Part shown: in pieces, positions 63,473 to 64,000 of the stretch
Numbering within the stretch: the first letter of the stretch is position 1
How the letters are laid out: each line of letters starts with the position of its first letter
Assembly (NCBI RefSeq): GCF_006345805.1
Contig: NC_043002.1
Location: 24,552,001-24,616,000 of the forward strand
Length of the DNA: 64,000 bases
Direction of reading: 5' to 3'
From: Octopus sinensis
Lineage: Eukaryota
The notes under the pieces: generated by a model
Seen by the model: only the letters and a program-made list of their open reading frames with translations
What the model was told of the DNA's origin: nothing
Databases searched by the model: none
Translations under genes and position numbers: made by a program

Positions 63473-64000
63473 TTAAAATGGTAGTATGTGTAATTTGAGG
63501 GAGATTTAGCTACTATTTCTCGAAGGTGATGGGGGATGGTATTGTGAGATTTGGTGCAGTTTGTGGGATGGTTTCAAAAGAGTATCGGCTCTCAAAAACT
63601 AAATTGCATCAACTATTCTTTGACATAATTTATTTCATTGTGTGTGTGTGTGTGTGTGTTTGTGTGTGTGTGTGAGTGAGTGTGTACACTGACAGTTTTA
63701 TCTCATTATCATCATCATCATCGTGTTGTTGTTAGCTTCCCATCAAAGTGCAAGGACTTGAAATTCCTTTCTCTATTCCCTGCCAGTGTCTGGTCCCATA
63801 TGTTGAGAAGTCAGGCTGTTCCTGTGGGTTGGTGGGGCTCAACTCATAGGGAATGTATATCTTACTGTCTAAGTATGTCTGTACTTTTGAAATGTTGCAG
63901 TAGAAAGTGACTTGGAGTGTCTGTGTGGGCCTTACCAAGAGTAAAAGTTCTGAAGTATTTTCATGTTTATCTATTAAATAGAAGGAGAGCAATTTGTTGT

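Overview
AT-rich, microsatellite-dense animal DNA with no protein-coding exon I can support. It is most likely intronic or intergenic octopus/coleoid cephalopod sequence (inferred from recalled SINE families and repeat density). Nearly all supplied ORFs are translated microsatellites or pieces of dead transposons. The window contains: (i) many tRNA-derived SINE copies of three head/body types with interchangeable 3' tails; (ii) 3' fragments of an RTE-clade LINE ending in (GAT)n; (iii) a decayed CR1/L2-type reverse transcriptase; (iv) a decayed Tc1 DD34E transposon; (v) hAT-, piggyBac- and mariner-type MITEs with recognisable TIRs/TSDs. The most notable unexplained layer is about ten type I hammerhead-ribozyme folds of the Penelope-like/retrozyme kind. 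They belong to several sequence families, have no nearby Penelope ORF that I could find, and often sit in inverted repeats. One with an intact core lies in a perfect 62-bp palindrome at 32601-32731. Also notable are variable-copy stem-loop arrays in the RTE 3' UTR and several long hairpins, including one miRNA-like candidate. All folds were worked out by eye, not computed.
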